Shown here: in pieces, positions 1-11,518 of the stretch
How positions within the stretch are numbered: the stretch's first letter is position 1
How the letters are laid out: each line of letters starts with the position of its first letter
Assembly: GCA_008690995.1 (NCBI GenBank)
Contig: VRMN01000001.1
Coordinates: 2,914,001-2,978,000 of the forward strand
Direction: 5' to 3'
Source: Porphyridium purpureum
Taxonomy: Eukaryota
DNA: 64,000 bases
Program-made: the position numbers and the translations under genes
The notes under the pieces: generated by a model
Told to the model about the DNA's origin: nothing
Database searches by the model: none
What the model saw: only the letters and a program-made list of their open reading frames with translations

Positions 1-1
1 A

Positions 2-1462
2 GAAACGCAAATGAAGCAAAGCGCGGCTGTGGCTGCGGCCGCTGCGGCAAACCCACCGCATTCGGCGCCAGTGATGCCATACGCGCAGCAACCGGCATTG
101 ATGATCCCGCAAGGCGCTCAGCTTCGGTTGGAGTACCCAGGGGAGGCGCAGCGCCAGTTGGCCGTAGCGACAAATTCGCGCACAAAGAACTGGATGATCG
201 GTGTTTTGTCAGCAGGAAGTGCGGTGGGCGCGCTAATGGTGTTACGTGAGTTGTTAAGGAAATACGTTGTCCCGCTGTATTTCCCTGAAGAATCGAGTGC
301 TCCTGCCGCACGTGCGGAACAGGAAAAAGCTACCGAACTGCGGGAGCTCAAAGCCACCCTGAACGAGCTCGCAAAGACAACTAAGCGCCAGCAGGAGTAC
401 ATCGAGCACGTTGAGCGCTCGGTTACACAGGCACACTTTGCTGATCTGAAATCGGCATTACAGATGCTCAATACGAATGTAGAAAAGCTCGCCGCTGGCG
501 GAAGCTCTGCAGCGTCGGGCGTTGAGGCGACTCGTGTGTGCGAGCTGGAAGCGCAGGTAAAGGAACTGTCCAAGTGGGTCAAACCAATTGGGTCCTCCTC
601 ATTTGATGAGCCAAAGGAGAAGACCAAATTCACGTCGTCGTTTCCTTACGCCGGCAAGGACGCCCCCGCCCGCGAACCGCTGGACGATTTTATGAGCATC
701 GCCCCTGCGCCCCTTCCAAAAGTCGGTCCGCATGTGCAACAGAATGATGGTCTCGCGGCAACGGCCGCCACACCGCCGAACCTTGCGACAGAGAGCCAAG
801 TCAGGAATAGTCCTGTAGAGGAAGTGGTCGCTTCCAACCCATCTGTACCAACAGAGCAGCCAGTACGCGCAAGTGCTCCTGTTGAAACACCATCACCACC
901 AATCTTGAGTCCAGGGACGGGCAGCACGGGGGTCGCAGAGCCACGCGCGGCATCAGATTTAAAAGGTAAGGCGCCCAAGGTGCCGCACGCTTCTACAGGG
1001 GGTTCCGCTTCCGTACAGGTCGCCCCGCCAGGAGTTGCATCAAATAGTAGTCCGACGGCAACTTCATCTGTCGGTTTACGGACGAGTGATGACGGATCCG
1101 AGGTTGCATCTAAGCCAGAGACAACGAATGAATCAAGCAGAGATGGAATGGAAAAGAGCCCGGCCGGAAGTCCTTCGGGACCTCCGCTGCCGCCATTACC
1201 TGCCCCAGCCCCGGTGGATCCGGTTTCAGGCATGATAAACGGAGAAGCGACTACTGGACTGCCGATGCGTGCCACGCTTGAGGATGGGGCGTCATCCGGT
1301 ACACCGTCGTTGAGGACATCCTCAACTTCTGGAGAGGTGCCGCCCTCACGGGGAAGTATCACCAGGCCGGGTGCTAAAGCTGCGTTTCAGAAGGCCATGC
1401 TGGCTGAGGCGCGTTCCATGGGGCAAAAAGCACCGCCACCACCAGCATTCCAACTAGACTAA
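2..1462 (+). CDS. PEX14: Peroxisomal membrane protein Pex14-like, probably 5'-truncated by the window edge
   Basis: Frame is open from base 2. The hydrophobic segment NWMIGVLSAGSAVGALMVLRELLRKYVVPLYFP resembles the Pex14 TM/KYxxP region and is followed by a coiled coil and a long Pro/Ser low-complexity tail. The conserved Pex14 N-domain is not seen, so the start is likely upstream. Confidence 0.7.
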   Translation, partial: ETQMKQSAAVAAAAAANPPHSAPVMPYAQQPALMIPQGAQLRLEYPGEAQRQLAVATNSRTKNWMIGVLSAGSAVGALMVLRELLRKYVVPLYFPEESSAPAARAEQEKATELRELKATLNELAKTTKRQQEYIEHVERSVTQAHFADLKSALQMLNTNVEKLAAGGSSAASGVEATRVCELEAQVKELSKWVKPIGSSSFDEPKEKTKFTSSFPYAGKDAPAREPLDDFMSIAPAPLPKVGPHVQQNDGLAATAATPPNLATESQVRNSPVEEVVASNPSVPTEQPVRASAPVETPSPPILSPGTGSTGVAEPRAASDLKGKAPKVPHASTGGSASVQVAPPGVASNSSPTATSSVGLRTSDDGSEVASKPETTNESSRDGMEKSPAGSPSGPPLPPLPAPAPVDPVSGMINGEATTGLPMRATLEDGASSGTPSLRTSSTSGEVPPSRGSITRPGAKAAFQKAMLAEARSMGQKAPPPPAFQLD

Positions 1463-1602
1463 AACACATTTGCTTTTATTTGGAGTTCTTTTTCTTCCCG
1501 TATTCTGGCGCTTCTCACACACTTTTCACTAGACATGGACTATTCACACACAAAGAGTTGTGAAAGACAACACGGTTGCAGCCTTTTCAAACGCCGTCTG
1601 CG

Positions 1603-2067
1603 TCACTTGTTGATTCCAAAGATGCGGACTTTGTCCATGACAGGTAGCTTTGCGACAATCATGACGACAGCAACGACAAAGTTGAGCGCATGCAGCAATG
1701 CAAAACGTTTCTCGAGCGGCGTGGCCTCGTAGCACACTAGGAATAAGAAAATGACCATCGCGACACAGAATTTGCGATTGGGGGTGGCCTGCTTCCGCAT
1801 GTCCAGCTGCTCCCACCACGTCAGTCGATCGGAGCCCGGGAACCACATTGTTTCAAACGGCGAGCCCTTAATCCAGTGAAAGGTGACAAAGGTGATGCAC
1901 GCATGCACCACATTCACGATGGTCCAGGACACGTACGGCTCTGTCTGCAGCAGCGTGCCGAGCAGAATTCTGCCCGTCAACACCAGCGAGCCATAGAACA
2001 ACCAGACGCCCTTATGACTGAACCACTCCACGCCCACCAGCGCCGGTGGGCCGTCCCCGCATTGCAT
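1603..2067 (-). CDS. ORMDL: ORMDL/Orm family sphingolipid synthesis regulator (154 aa)
   Basis: Motifs SWTIVNVVH, FHWIKGSPF, LTWWEQLD and AKLPVMDKVRIFGINK. The ATG at 2067 gives the typical family length; the ORF-track N-terminal extension is 5' UTR. Confidence 0.95.
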   Translation of the reverse strand: MQCGDGPPALVGVEWFSHKGVWLFYGSLVLTGRILLGTLLQTEPYVSWTIVNVVHACITFVTFHWIKGSPFETMWFPGSDRLTWWEQLDMRKQATPNRKFCVAMVIFLFLVCYEATPLEKRFALLHALNFVVAVVMIVAKLPVMDKVRIFGINK

Positions 2068-2388
2068 CTTTCCTCCTCCACGCCGTTCCCCACTATGCGC
2101 AGCGCGTCTGTCCGCGTTGTCCCGACCTTTCCGTGCTGTCGCACCACAGACCCTTCTCGTCCACCTCTGTCTGTCCCACCTCTGTCCTCCCACTCTCACC
2201 ACCTCACCCTCGTCCAGCTCAACGTCGGGCGCGGCGTCTCTCTCCACCTCCGCGTACGCGCGCCACCTTGCGACTATGTTACTCTGTCCCACACACCACA
2301 CTCCCCGCCACCACCACGGCGTCGCGCTGTCCCCGCCCCCCTTCCATCTGTTCGATTCCCTTTCTTGCTTTCTTCTCATTTCGGCTGT

Positions 2389-2429
2389 GTACAGCTATAA
2401 CTGTACATGTGTACAGTGATTAAGTACAG
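2389..2429. promoter_or_regulatory. Cluster of 4 CTGTAC/GTACAG hexamers between divergent ORMDL and D27-like genes
   Basis: GTACAG 2389, CTGTAC 2401, GTACAG 2411 and GTACAG 2424, all within 41 bp. Confidence 0.6.
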
Positions 2430-2543
2430 TTGGGGCGTGCGCATGTTTTCGATGTGGACGGAAAGGCCGAGGGAGAACGGAGGGGGACAAGCGGTGCATG
2501 CTCGCGCCGAGGCGATCATTGACATCTGAAACTCACACGCACG

Positions 2544-3479
2544 ATGGAGCAGCCGGACGCCGCAGCAGCGGCGGTGGCGTCGTGGAGGCAGAGTTGGCGT
2601 GGAGATCTGGCGCTGCATCGTTCTGGCAGCGCGTTTGTGCTGGGACAGGTGTGCCGCGGGAACGCCACGCGCCAGTGCTGTCGTCTCAGCTGTCCGCAGG
2701 GTCGCGTGCCTGCCGTTGACACGCGACGCTGCGTGCGAGTGAATGCGAATGGCAATGGAAATGCAGAGAATGAGTATGCACGCATCGACGCAATGTGGTA
2801 TAACCGTTTGTTCATGTGGCGGTTTGGCGAAAAGATGCGCGACGCCGTAAATGCTCGAACAAGTGGGGCGACTGCTTCGCTCGCGGGCGTGGATGTGGCG
2901 TCGAGCGGGTATGACGCAATCGTTCAGTTGGCCTTGTGCATGTTGCAGAGCGAACGCAGGCGTGGCATTGACACCGAGGAGTCTTCTCTCGTTGTTTTAC
3001 GCTCGTTATTCCCATCTTGGCTTGCGTTTCTGTTCCGTCGCATGTTTTCAACGCCCTTCCCCGTGTTCTCGGAGCGCATGAATGCGTGGGTGACATCATG
3101 GGCGACAGTATGGCTCATGGGTCCAAACACAACCGAGGATGGAGGCATGACGATCGCGGTCGAGAAGTGCCGCTACCTTGAACAAACGGGCTGCGTAGGA
3201 GTCTGCGTGAATTCGTGCAAGCGGCCGACGCAGCGATTCTTTGCTGAAGAGCTCGGCGTGCGCTGCACAATTGAACCCAACTATGATGACTTGAGCTGCA
3301 AGTTCAAGTTTGGCATCGAGCCCACCTCGCAGGATGACTTGGATGCGTGCAACACACCCTGTCTATCCATATGTGGCCAGAACCTGCAATCAGGTACTGA
3401 TTCACCCGACATATCATGCGCTCGTGCCTGGAACCGAGACGTGCAACGAATCTCAGCCACCCGGCATTCTAATCCGTAG
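2544..3479 (+). CDS. Beta-carotene isomerase D27-like protein (DUF4033), probably plastid-targeted
   Basis: D27 C-terminal signature WLMGP...VEKCRYLEQTGCVGVCVNSCKRPTQRFFAEELG...EPNYDDLSCKFKFG...D...PC; Arg/Ser-rich N-terminal extension. Confidence 0.9.
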   Translation: MEQPDAAAAAVASWRQSWRGDLALHRSGSAFVLGQVCRGNATRQCCRLSCPQGRVPAVDTRRCVRVNANGNGNAENEYARIDAMWYNRLFMWRFGEKMRDAVNARTSGATASLAGVDVASSGYDAIVQLALCMLQSERRRGIDTEESSLVVLRSLFPSWLAFLFRRMFSTPFPVFSERMNAWVTSWATVWLMGPNTTEDGGMTIAVEKCRYLEQTGCVGVCVNSCKRPTQRFFAEELGVRCTIEPNYDDLSCKFKFGIEPTSQDDLDACNTPCLSICGQNLQSGTDSPDISCARAWNRDVQRISATRHSNP

Positions 3480-4954
3480 CACGCTTGATTCGTTTGTCAG
3501 AAGCAGCTTGAAGGTGCGAATCGCGCGATGCGATGTATGCATTGTTATATATAGACTCTTGCATGCACATAGTATGCTTTAGCTTCCTCTGCGGAAGGCC
3601 AAGATTTCTACGTTCTGGCTTGTATTTGTGCACTCGATGTTCTGCGGCCATTGTGTCGGAACAAACGCATGTTCTCGACAGTAACATCTCATGTTGCCTC
3701 ATTGAGGATGAGATTTGTAAACTCTCCTGGAGCGAGTCATCCGCGGCATTGCTGCACTCTCTGTGCCGGTCCCACAGACAGCGCCTTTCCTGTGTGCTGT
3801 CCTTGAGAACTGGATCGAGACACAAAGTCGTGGGCCATTGTTTATACCTCTGGACCGAGACGCGCTCAAAATTTCTCGGGCGTGTGCTCGAGCACGTACG
3901 GTCGTGCTTCCGCTTCCCACGATGCTGTCATTTATTCGCTGTTCGATGGGTAATGTTGCACTTTGCGTTCCTCAATGGTCTTCTGTCGGACCTGATGCCT
4001 CTTTGAGAACTGCAAGTCATTATTGACTGACTTTGTGGCATCGCTTTCGACGTCGCCGGCTTCTTAAGCTTGCTACATGATTGTGCTTCTGCGTTGTCTC
4101 GCTTCTCGTTGCTTGATGTCCGAGCATCCTGTCGGGTTTACTTGTGTCACTTTTTGATCATACTTGCTAGTATCAAGAAGCATGGACTGTCTTTTTACGG
4201 GCTGTCATCCGATAGGCTGCGCGCGTTCCGTGATTCAGACAGCCAGGCTCAAAGAAGCGCACATGATTAGATTTCCATTTCGGCTGCAATGACTTTCCCG
4301 GAACAATGCTCCATGGACGTACTCGTGAATTTACACCTCTTGCACGCGATAATTGCTTGCAGCGATTGCGTGCAAGACGAGAGTCTGATACAAGACGGTC
4401 TCTTGCATGACGCATACATATTGCGAAGAGAAACCCAATCTTTTGCAGAGGGCCAGCTGAAATACACTGGACGGAGAAGATGACGCTATTGATCGCAACA
4501 GTACTCTGTATGCCAGTCTTGCTGATTGTGGCCAAAGTGCGAAGGTTTGCATTGTGCCAAACATTTCGGCAGCCCGCGCCTGTAATCCGGGTGGTAATGT
4601 CCTAAGACACACTGAGTCCGTCCTGAGAGAACCAGAACGACGAGGCTTCCTTTTTTCAAGCGTTGACCTTGTCGGACTCAAAGGCAGATGCCATTCTCGC
4701 ATCGATACACGTGTGCCCATTGCATCCGTTCGTACTAAGCAAGAGCAATACGTCTTGTCCAGTGGATGCTGCGAAAACTCGCAACAGTGGGGTGTTTGTT
4801 CACTGATCGGAACAACCTAACTGTACTTATCGCTGTACTCTGTCGATTGGTGTACACCTGCTTCACAAAGTGCTGGCGAGCGCGATACTGGCAGGCGGAC
4901 CGTACGCTGTTGATGGGGAGAGTGGGAGAGAGAGAGACTCGGCGACACGTGACG

Positions 4955-6349
4955 ATGGCGGAGCGAGTGATTCTGCACGTGTACGATCTGTCGCAGGGCA
5001 TGGCGCGCCAGATGTCGCCCATGCTGCTGGGCAAAGTGATCGATGGCATCTGGCACACGGGCGTCGAGGTGTTTGGCCGCGAATTCTATTTTGGCGGCGG
5101 GATCTGCGCGGATCTACCGTCTTGTACACCGTATGGAGCGCCCGTGCAGACTATCGAAATGGGCATCACGCAAAAGCGTGCGGATGAGTTTCAGATGTTT
5201 CTCCATTCCGTCCAAAGCACTTTTTCGATGGAGACCTATCATATTCTGGACAACAACTGCAACAACTTTAGTGACGCGTGCTGCCGCTTCTTGCTGGGAA
5301 AGAGCATTCCGCAATACATTCTCGACCTACCAAATGAAGCAATGAATTCTCCCATGGGCTCAATGCTCCGGCCGATGATTGAAAATATGTCCAACCAGGT
5401 GCGCAATGCGTCCCTCGGCCATCAAATCGACCAAGGCGGACGACCCGGCGGCCAGTTGGCTCACCCCGCTGGCCAGATGTCGCAACCACCCGCGGTGTCA
5501 AGCAGTACAATTCGCGCTGAAATGGAGGCGCTCGCGCGCGATCCCGCGCGCCACCCGGTGCTCTTGTCGCGCATCAATCGGGAGCTAGTCGAAAAGAAAT
5601 TGCACGAACTCGACCCGCTAGTTCCAAACTCAACCGGAGGTCATCCCATTGCTCCTGATTTATTATGCGAAGCGTACGAACGACTCAAGCACACCCCTGA
5701 AAAGGTGTTTCCTGTTCTGGACCTGCTCCGCGTGGCAGCTCTCGATGGTGACCATCCAAGCGCAGAATCAGGCCACCAGTGGCGCAGCATCGCGCGCGTT
5801 GCCAGGGATGCTGCGCAGCGTTTCTGCGGCTTGGCAGATAGCTTTGTTCCCGCGCGCATGATGACCTTGCGGTTGCTGGTAAACGTGTTTGGTCCCAACC
5901 AATTGCTGCGGGCCATGCTCGAGCAGTTCGACAGCAAAGAGGAAGAGCTGAAAGAGCTATTCAGCGTCGCTGTGTGCAGCACGCTCGCCATGGAAAACGT
6001 CTCTACGGCATGCGCACAGACCGCGGCGTGCGTTGCTGAAAACCTGTGTGGCGTTCCGTTCCGCACGAGCAGCAACTCTGTGATCCGTTCATTAGGGGAG
6101 GATGTCGAGACGCAGTTGATCGCCGCTGTTGGAGAGCGCCTCAACAGAACGCAGTGGTCCGAGTCGCGCAGCATTGAAGTGCGGCACTTACTCACGGCCC
6201 TAGCGCTGCTGCTGCTGCATAGCGAACACGCGCTGCTGATAGCACAGACGATCGAACTGCAAGTGTCAAGCTTATTCTCGGAAAGCACTGTTTCGGACGC
6301 GGCTATTCGGGAGCTTGCCTTGAAATGCCATCGTTTACTTTGTGGGTGA
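4955..6349 (+). CDS. DeSI1/PPPDE desumoylating isopeptidase with C-terminal PUL-like helical domain
   Basis: VILHVYDLSQG, GIWHTGVEVFGREFYFGGGI (catalytic His) and NNCNNFS (catalytic Cys). The C-terminus contains FPVLDLLRVA and MMTLRLLVNVF, typical of PUL domains. Confidence 0.9.
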   Translation: MAERVILHVYDLSQGMARQMSPMLLGKVIDGIWHTGVEVFGREFYFGGGICADLPSCTPYGAPVQTIEMGITQKRADEFQMFLHSVQSTFSMETYHILDNNCNNFSDACCRFLLGKSIPQYILDLPNEAMNSPMGSMLRPMIENMSNQVRNASLGHQIDQGGRPGGQLAHPAGQMSQPPAVSSSTIRAEMEALARDPARHPVLLSRINRELVEKKLHELDPLVPNSTGGHPIAPDLLCEAYERLKHTPEKVFPVLDLLRVAALDGDHPSAESGHQWRSIARVARDAAQRFCGLADSFVPARMMTLRLLVNVFGPNQLLRAMLEQFDSKEEELKELFSVAVCSTLAMENVSTACAQTAACVAENLCGVPFRTSSNSVIRSLGEDVETQLIAAVGERLNRTQWSESRSIEVRHLLTALALLLLHSEHALLIAQTIELQVSSLFSESTVSDAAIRELALKCHRLLCG

Positions 6350-6769
6350 AGACGAGCGGGAAAAAAATTCTAAAAAGTGAGAAAGAAAGATGTCATGTCT
6401 TTTTTTCACGCGGCGTGAACTGGGTCAATCCATTTCGGCCGAAGTCGCAGCGCCCCTTGCCCACGTTTCATTCACTGTGTCGCATGCGGCGTTTGCAAGC
6501 GGTCCGCATCCGGCCAGTCGATGTCAGTTGCGCGTGCGCGTGCTGAATCCCGACTTCCTGTCGAGCATGTTGTGACTCGCCGCTGCTATATTTATCACAC
6601 GGCGCACCGTGAAAAGTACACCTGGCCCGTTGCGTGTACAGCTGGAGCACGCCGCTTCCTTTTCTCTTTTTTTAACCCTCTTGTGGCATTGCTTAAGATT
6701 AAAATATGCGCGTGTGTGGGTCAGTCACAAGAAAGGCGCTGTCGAAGCGACGGCTGGTTGCCGCGCGGA

Positions 6770-6787
6770 GTGTGTGTGTGTGTGTGT
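6770..6787. repeat. (GT)n microsatellite
   Basis: gtgtgtgtgtgtgtgtgt upstream of the CNNM gene. Confidence 0.9.
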
Positions 6788-7119
6788 ATAGGTGGGTGGG
6801 AGAAGCGGTGAGGTGGAGTCATACGGTGCAGACGCCGGAAAGAAACGATAACACTCGCACAGGATTTCGGCCGATATAGAAGAGCGCGTGCGCGACGCAA
6901 GTGGAACAGTGCGTACGTGCGGTGTGTCTGTGTTCTCGCGGTCGCGCGGCTTCGTTTTGTCTGGGGGAACGCGGCGTCTTGAGACGACCTTTCGCTCGAC
7001 TACCACGGCTGTGTGCGCTTGGAAAGAGTTGTGTGGGCTCGTGTATTCGGACAGACGAAGAACTGCTGGCGAGCAAGAGAAAGAGAGAGGGAGAGAGACA
7101 AGCGCGGCGAACACCGGGA

Positions 7120-9166
7120 ATGAGTAGTGATTTGGCCTGGAGAATCCCGGTGCTATGCGTTCTTATCCTGTGCTCTGCGCTCTGCTCTGGTCTCACGCTG
7201 GGGCTTCTGTCGTTGGATTTGACCGACCTTAAAATATGTATGGACTCGGGCTCGCCGCGAGAGAAAAGGTACGCAGCGCGCATTTATCCAGTTCGTAATC
7301 TCGGGAACCAGCTCCTCGTAACTCTACTTATCGGAAACACCGCCGTCAATGCCGGCATTGCCATTTTATCTGCAGACATCTTTACGGGTGCGATTGGTTT
7401 TCTGGTCTCCACCGTAGCCATTCTCTATCTGGGAGAAATTATTCCGCAGGCGCTTTGTCACCGATATGGCCTTGTGGTTGGATACTACTGCATGCCGTTT
7501 GTGTTCCTACTCATGCTGTTGTGCTGGCCCATTGCGTGGCCGTCAGCATGGGTGCTCAACCGAGTGCTCGGCAAGGAGAACGAGTTGAGGTACAACCGCC
7601 GGGAAATTAAGAGTCTTGTTACCATCCATGGTGGCGTCAAAGACTCGGATAATATCGTTGAGGACGATTTGAAGCCGGGCACTTTGGGCTTGCGACTGGC
7701 GGAGTCTGCGATTCTTGGAAGTGCGCTAGAGTTTTGGGATAAGAAGGTCAGCCAAGTCATGACGCCTCTTGACCGTGTGTTTATGTTGGGCATGCAAGAA
7801 ACGCTGGATTTTGAGACGATGAAAGCCATTTTTCAAGGTGGACATAGCCGACTCCCGGTGTATCAGGATACGCGTGACAATGTAGTGGGCGTTATTTTTG
7901 CCAAGGACTTGATTTTGGTTGATCCAGACGACGAAATACCCGTCAAAACACTTATCACCTTCTTTGTGCGCGACGTAGAAGCTGTGTTTGAAGACGCGAC
8001 GTTGGGGGTGATGTTGAACCGATTCAAAGCGGGCGGCAATCACATGGCCATTGTAAAACGTCTGGTGGACGACGGCGAGCGGGACCCGTACTATTCGACG
8101 GTGGGTATCATTACGTTGGAGGACGTCATCGAGGAGCTCATTGGCCAGGAAATTGTGGACGAGACAGACGTGTACCAAGATAACACGGGGCAGCAGAAAG
8201 TGAAGCGGCGGCGGCGCATTGACCCAGCCATTCTAAAAATGTTTGATAGCGATGCGCGTCGCAAGGACGGCCTCACAAAGAACGAACGGAAAGCCATTAC
8301 GACATTTCTTGTGCACAACGTCAACGAGTTCAGTGATGTGCGAGAGGTGGTTCTACGGCGTCTGCTTAAAAACCTGACACCGGAAGATTACTCTGCAGAT
8401 CGCAAAATGTTTCAGATGATTGAAGCAGATGTCATGTCAATAGAGGGAAGTGTAAATCCGTCGAGCAGCAAGAACTTTACCGTGATCCACCGCGGGAAAA
8501 AGACCGACCAAGCGCTTTTGGTGCTGCAGGGCAAACTGAAGATCAGCGCTGGTGAGGAAGGGTTTTCTAGTGAGGTGGGACCGTGGACGGTGATTGCGAA
8601 AGGTGCGCTCACGCGACCAAACTATGTGCCCGATTTTTGTGCCGAGTCGCTCGAGTTTCCGCTGCGTTTTGTAAGAATATCTCGCGAGAACTATGAGGCT
8701 GCTGTCCGTCTGAGCGATCATCTGAACCAACAAGAAGGTATGGATTTAGGAATAGAAGAGGATGATGAGGCCGCGGATCTCGAAGAATTGTTGGAGGAGC
8801 GCGAAGGACGCATGCATGTGCGCGCACATTATGGCGGGGCGGTGCAAAAAGGTGCAAACTCGAACGCATTGACGAATGGCGGGGCGCATGGTGAGGTCGA
8901 TACGGGAATGATGCATTCAACTCGTTCAATACGCATTGACGAATGGCGGGGCGCATGGTGAGGTCGATACGGGAATGATGCATTCAGAGCGCACTCGTTC
9001 AATATCGTCCTCGTCCGACTCGGATTCTTCGGAAGACGGTGCGAGCCTTTTGGAGCAAATGTCGCGCTTCACCAATCGAGGTAGCCGCCGGCATTCGCTT
9101 GTCGAGCCTCCACTCATAGAGGGCCAGTTGTCTATTGAGACTCCACCAGGTGACAATCTTGTGTAA
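7120..9166 (+). CDS. CNNM/DUF21-CBS metal (Mg2+) transporter; frame broken near the 3' end by a 67-bp duplication (as assembled it stops at 8961)
   Basis: SALCSGLTLGLLSLD, LLVTLLIGNT and GEIIPQA (DUF21); CBS pair VMTP, GHSRLPVY, HMAIV and GIITLEDVIEELIGQEIVDETD; CNBH-like C-domain. The natural C-terminus continues in the 8936..9166 frame. Confidence 0.92.
8864..9003 (+). repeat. Imperfect tandem duplication (67-bp unit plus 73-bp unit)
   Basis: acgcattgacgaatggcggggcgcatggtgaggtcgatacgggaatgatgcattca-actcgttcaat at 8864-8930 recurs at 8931-9003 with an extra gagcgc (8987-8992). Confidence 0.97.
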
Positions 9167-9919
9167 TGCAGAAATAGAAACCAAAAGGCACGCTAGAATA
9201 TGCACGCTTCCATCCTCGCTTCTGCGTGAACCATCAATTCAGCGGGCGCTACGCCAGCTGGCCAGGTGTCATGTCCTCGTTCAGACGCAGGTTACTTTTC
9301 TCTCGTCCGTGTTGAAATAAATTCATGAGTGAAGCATCCCGTACTCGCTGTTCAAGGAGCGAACAACCTATGGTCTCGTCGCAGTGTGCTCGAACCAGCA
9401 GGCTCGAATTGCGGCACGCCACGATACTGAAAATTCACGCCGCGTCCTCGCGCTGGAAGAAACGCACAGGGCCGCATTTAAGAACCAACAAGGTGCCACT
9501 CCTTGTCTGCATGATAGCCCGCTGGTGCAACTCTATGCGAGGAGGCCGCCAGAGGAGCCGGCTGTGGCGCTTCAATGTGCCGCCATTCCACCGCTGTCAG
9601 GTCCGCAGACGCAGACTCGTCGAGCGTTCTCGTCTCCTCCACAGGGCAGCAAGTGCAGCCTCTAAACACGTCACTGTTCGCAGTGTGTGGAACGGCACGA
9701 AGAACGGACTGGGTATAAGGTGGAGGCACTTGAGAGCCAACATTTGTCAATCGGGCTGTGCGGGCACAAACGAGCTGGGCGAGCGGGCTGTCGCACGGCG
9801 GGACTGATATGGTGGCGGGCATGAGCACACGCCGACGCGGAAAACCACGGAGGGAAAAACTGGCGCCCTGGCCCACAGCGGCGCGGTTGCGCAACCGGAT
9901 GTATTTCGGTTGACTGACC

Positions 9920-11518
9920 ATGTTTGAGTCCATGCGCGTGGCCGAGCGTCTGCTCAAAATCGCGCAGAGCGACCCGTGTCATAGCTGGCTGTTCGGGGAA
10001 GAGATTGGCGCGTGGCTCTCGGAGCGTGTTTTGGGGCACACCGTGGGGAGCAGCACCAGCAGCGATATTTCTCGGGCTGGCGATTGGGACCGTGACATAG
10101 TGCGCAACGCTTCGCGCTTGAGCCATGTCCCCACGCAAGAAGAAGTCAACGCCGCGGTCATTGTGGACGCCAACATGTCCTCGCTGCAAGCGGATGTGTG
10201 CGCTACTTACCTTCCACAGGGTCAAACCGACCGTTTCGTCATGGGCACAATGCTAACGAACGCGTGCGCCATTCCACTAAAGCCGGGCGTCTCGGCGTGG
10301 CCGGCATACCGTTTCGTGGGCTTTCGCATGCGAAACGGTTTCGGATTTCTGGCCGTTGGTCACGACTCAGACGGGATACCGATTTTGATGCTCAGTCGCT
10401 CATTTTACTCAGGCAGGATCATCATGGACCAATTTCACAACCTTCGCGTGGAAGGAGATTCACGGGTCATGTTCGATATTCACGTGTGCATACAGAGTCT
10501 TGATGTCTCCCGTCAGATCGACCGCGTCCGCAATGGCAACGCGCAACCGAATGAGTCAGAAGCGTTTTCATCGTTGGCAGCGCCGCCGCGCTCAGCAGAG
10601 CAACTCGTCAAGACGTTCCGGGACTTTCTGGAGGGTTCGACCGCACAAGCGCTCTCCGACATTGATTTGGCAGGCGCTTTGAGCTGGGAGACGTGGGCAT
10701 GCCTCACAATTGCGGCTCGCAACTATACCTCGTTGGTGAACCCATCAATTGGATTGACCATTCGTACGGGACTTAACCGATGCTTGGGATCCCGTGAAGG
10801 CATGGTCACTTCAGGGGCTATGTTTGGGCGCCATTACCGAAACCTCGGGAAGCTCAACGCCATGTTTTTCGACCGAGTCAGTACCGCATCGGCACCACGG
10901 CGCAGCGTGCCGCTAGACTTGTATTCGATCCTCGGACTGAGTCACGCATTCCCGGAAAGCGCCGCAAGCAGTGATTCTCGGCATGAACGCTCGCTGGAGC
11001 AGTTGATGAGTATCTTGTATCCAACGGGAAACCTGCATGGCAATGCCGGTTCAAAATTCAATCTGCAGGACTACTCTGCCGACGATGGTAATAGAACGTT
11101 GGCAAACGCCTCGATGTGCTTCAAAAGTGGCGAAATGGTGTGCGTCAAGTGCGGGAGTTCCTTTTCACTTCTTGCTGAGCTTCGAAAACATATACGGACA
11201 GTGCATCATCATGGAAGGTCATATCCATGTAAACACTGCGGAAGGGTTTTTGCGCAGTCGTCTCATCTGATAACACATGTCAGGACGGTACACGAGCACA
11301 GAGCCGATTATGAATGCGAGTCATGCCATAGAAAATTTGCGGTGCGCAGTAATTTGAACAAACACGTCAAACGGATGCAAGGCCGATGTGCGAGCCGCGT
11401 GCCGCAGCCAATCAGCGACTTTCCGGCACCAGAAGTGGTGGACCGTCAGATTGTGTATCGATCGGATATTGGCAGTACCGGAAAGAACAACACTACCAAG
11501 GACGAGGCGACTGGGTGA
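9920..11518 (+). CDS. C2H2 zinc-finger protein with three C-terminal fingers and an uncharacterised N-terminal region
   Basis: CVKCGSSF..L..HIRTVH, YPCKHCGRVFAQSSHLITHVRTVH and YECESCHRKFAVRSNLNKH. Confidence 0.88.
   Translation: MFESMRVAERLLKIAQSDPCHSWLFGEEIGAWLSERVLGHTVGSSTSSDISRAGDWDRDIVRNASRLSHVPTQEEVNAAVIVDANMSSLQADVCATYLPQGQTDRFVMGTMLTNACAIPLKPGVSAWPAYRFVGFRMRNGFGFLAVGHDSDGIPILMLSRSFYSGRIIMDQFHNLRVEGDSRVMFDIHVCIQSLDVSRQIDRVRNGNAQPNESEAFSSLAAPPRSAEQLVKTFRDFLEGSTAQALSDIDLAGALSWETWACLTIAARNYTSLVNPSIGLTIRTGLNRCLGSREGMVTSGAMFGRHYRNLGKLNAMFFDRVSTASAPRRSVPLDLYSILGLSHAFPESAASSDSRHERSLEQLMSILYPTGNLHGNAGSKFNLQDYSADDGNRTLANASMCFKSGEMVCVKCGSSFSLLAELRKHIRTVHHHGRSYPCKHCGRVFAQSSHLITHVRTVHEHRADYECESCHRKFAVRSNLNKHVKRMQGRCASRVPQPISDFPAPEVVDRQIVYRSDIGSTGKNNTTKDEATG

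Noticed and set aside
3540..4183. Minus-strand frame that looks protein-like through many stops (possible recoding or pseudogene)
   Set aside because: About nine stops of all three types in about 215 codons is close to random expectation; no family recognised.
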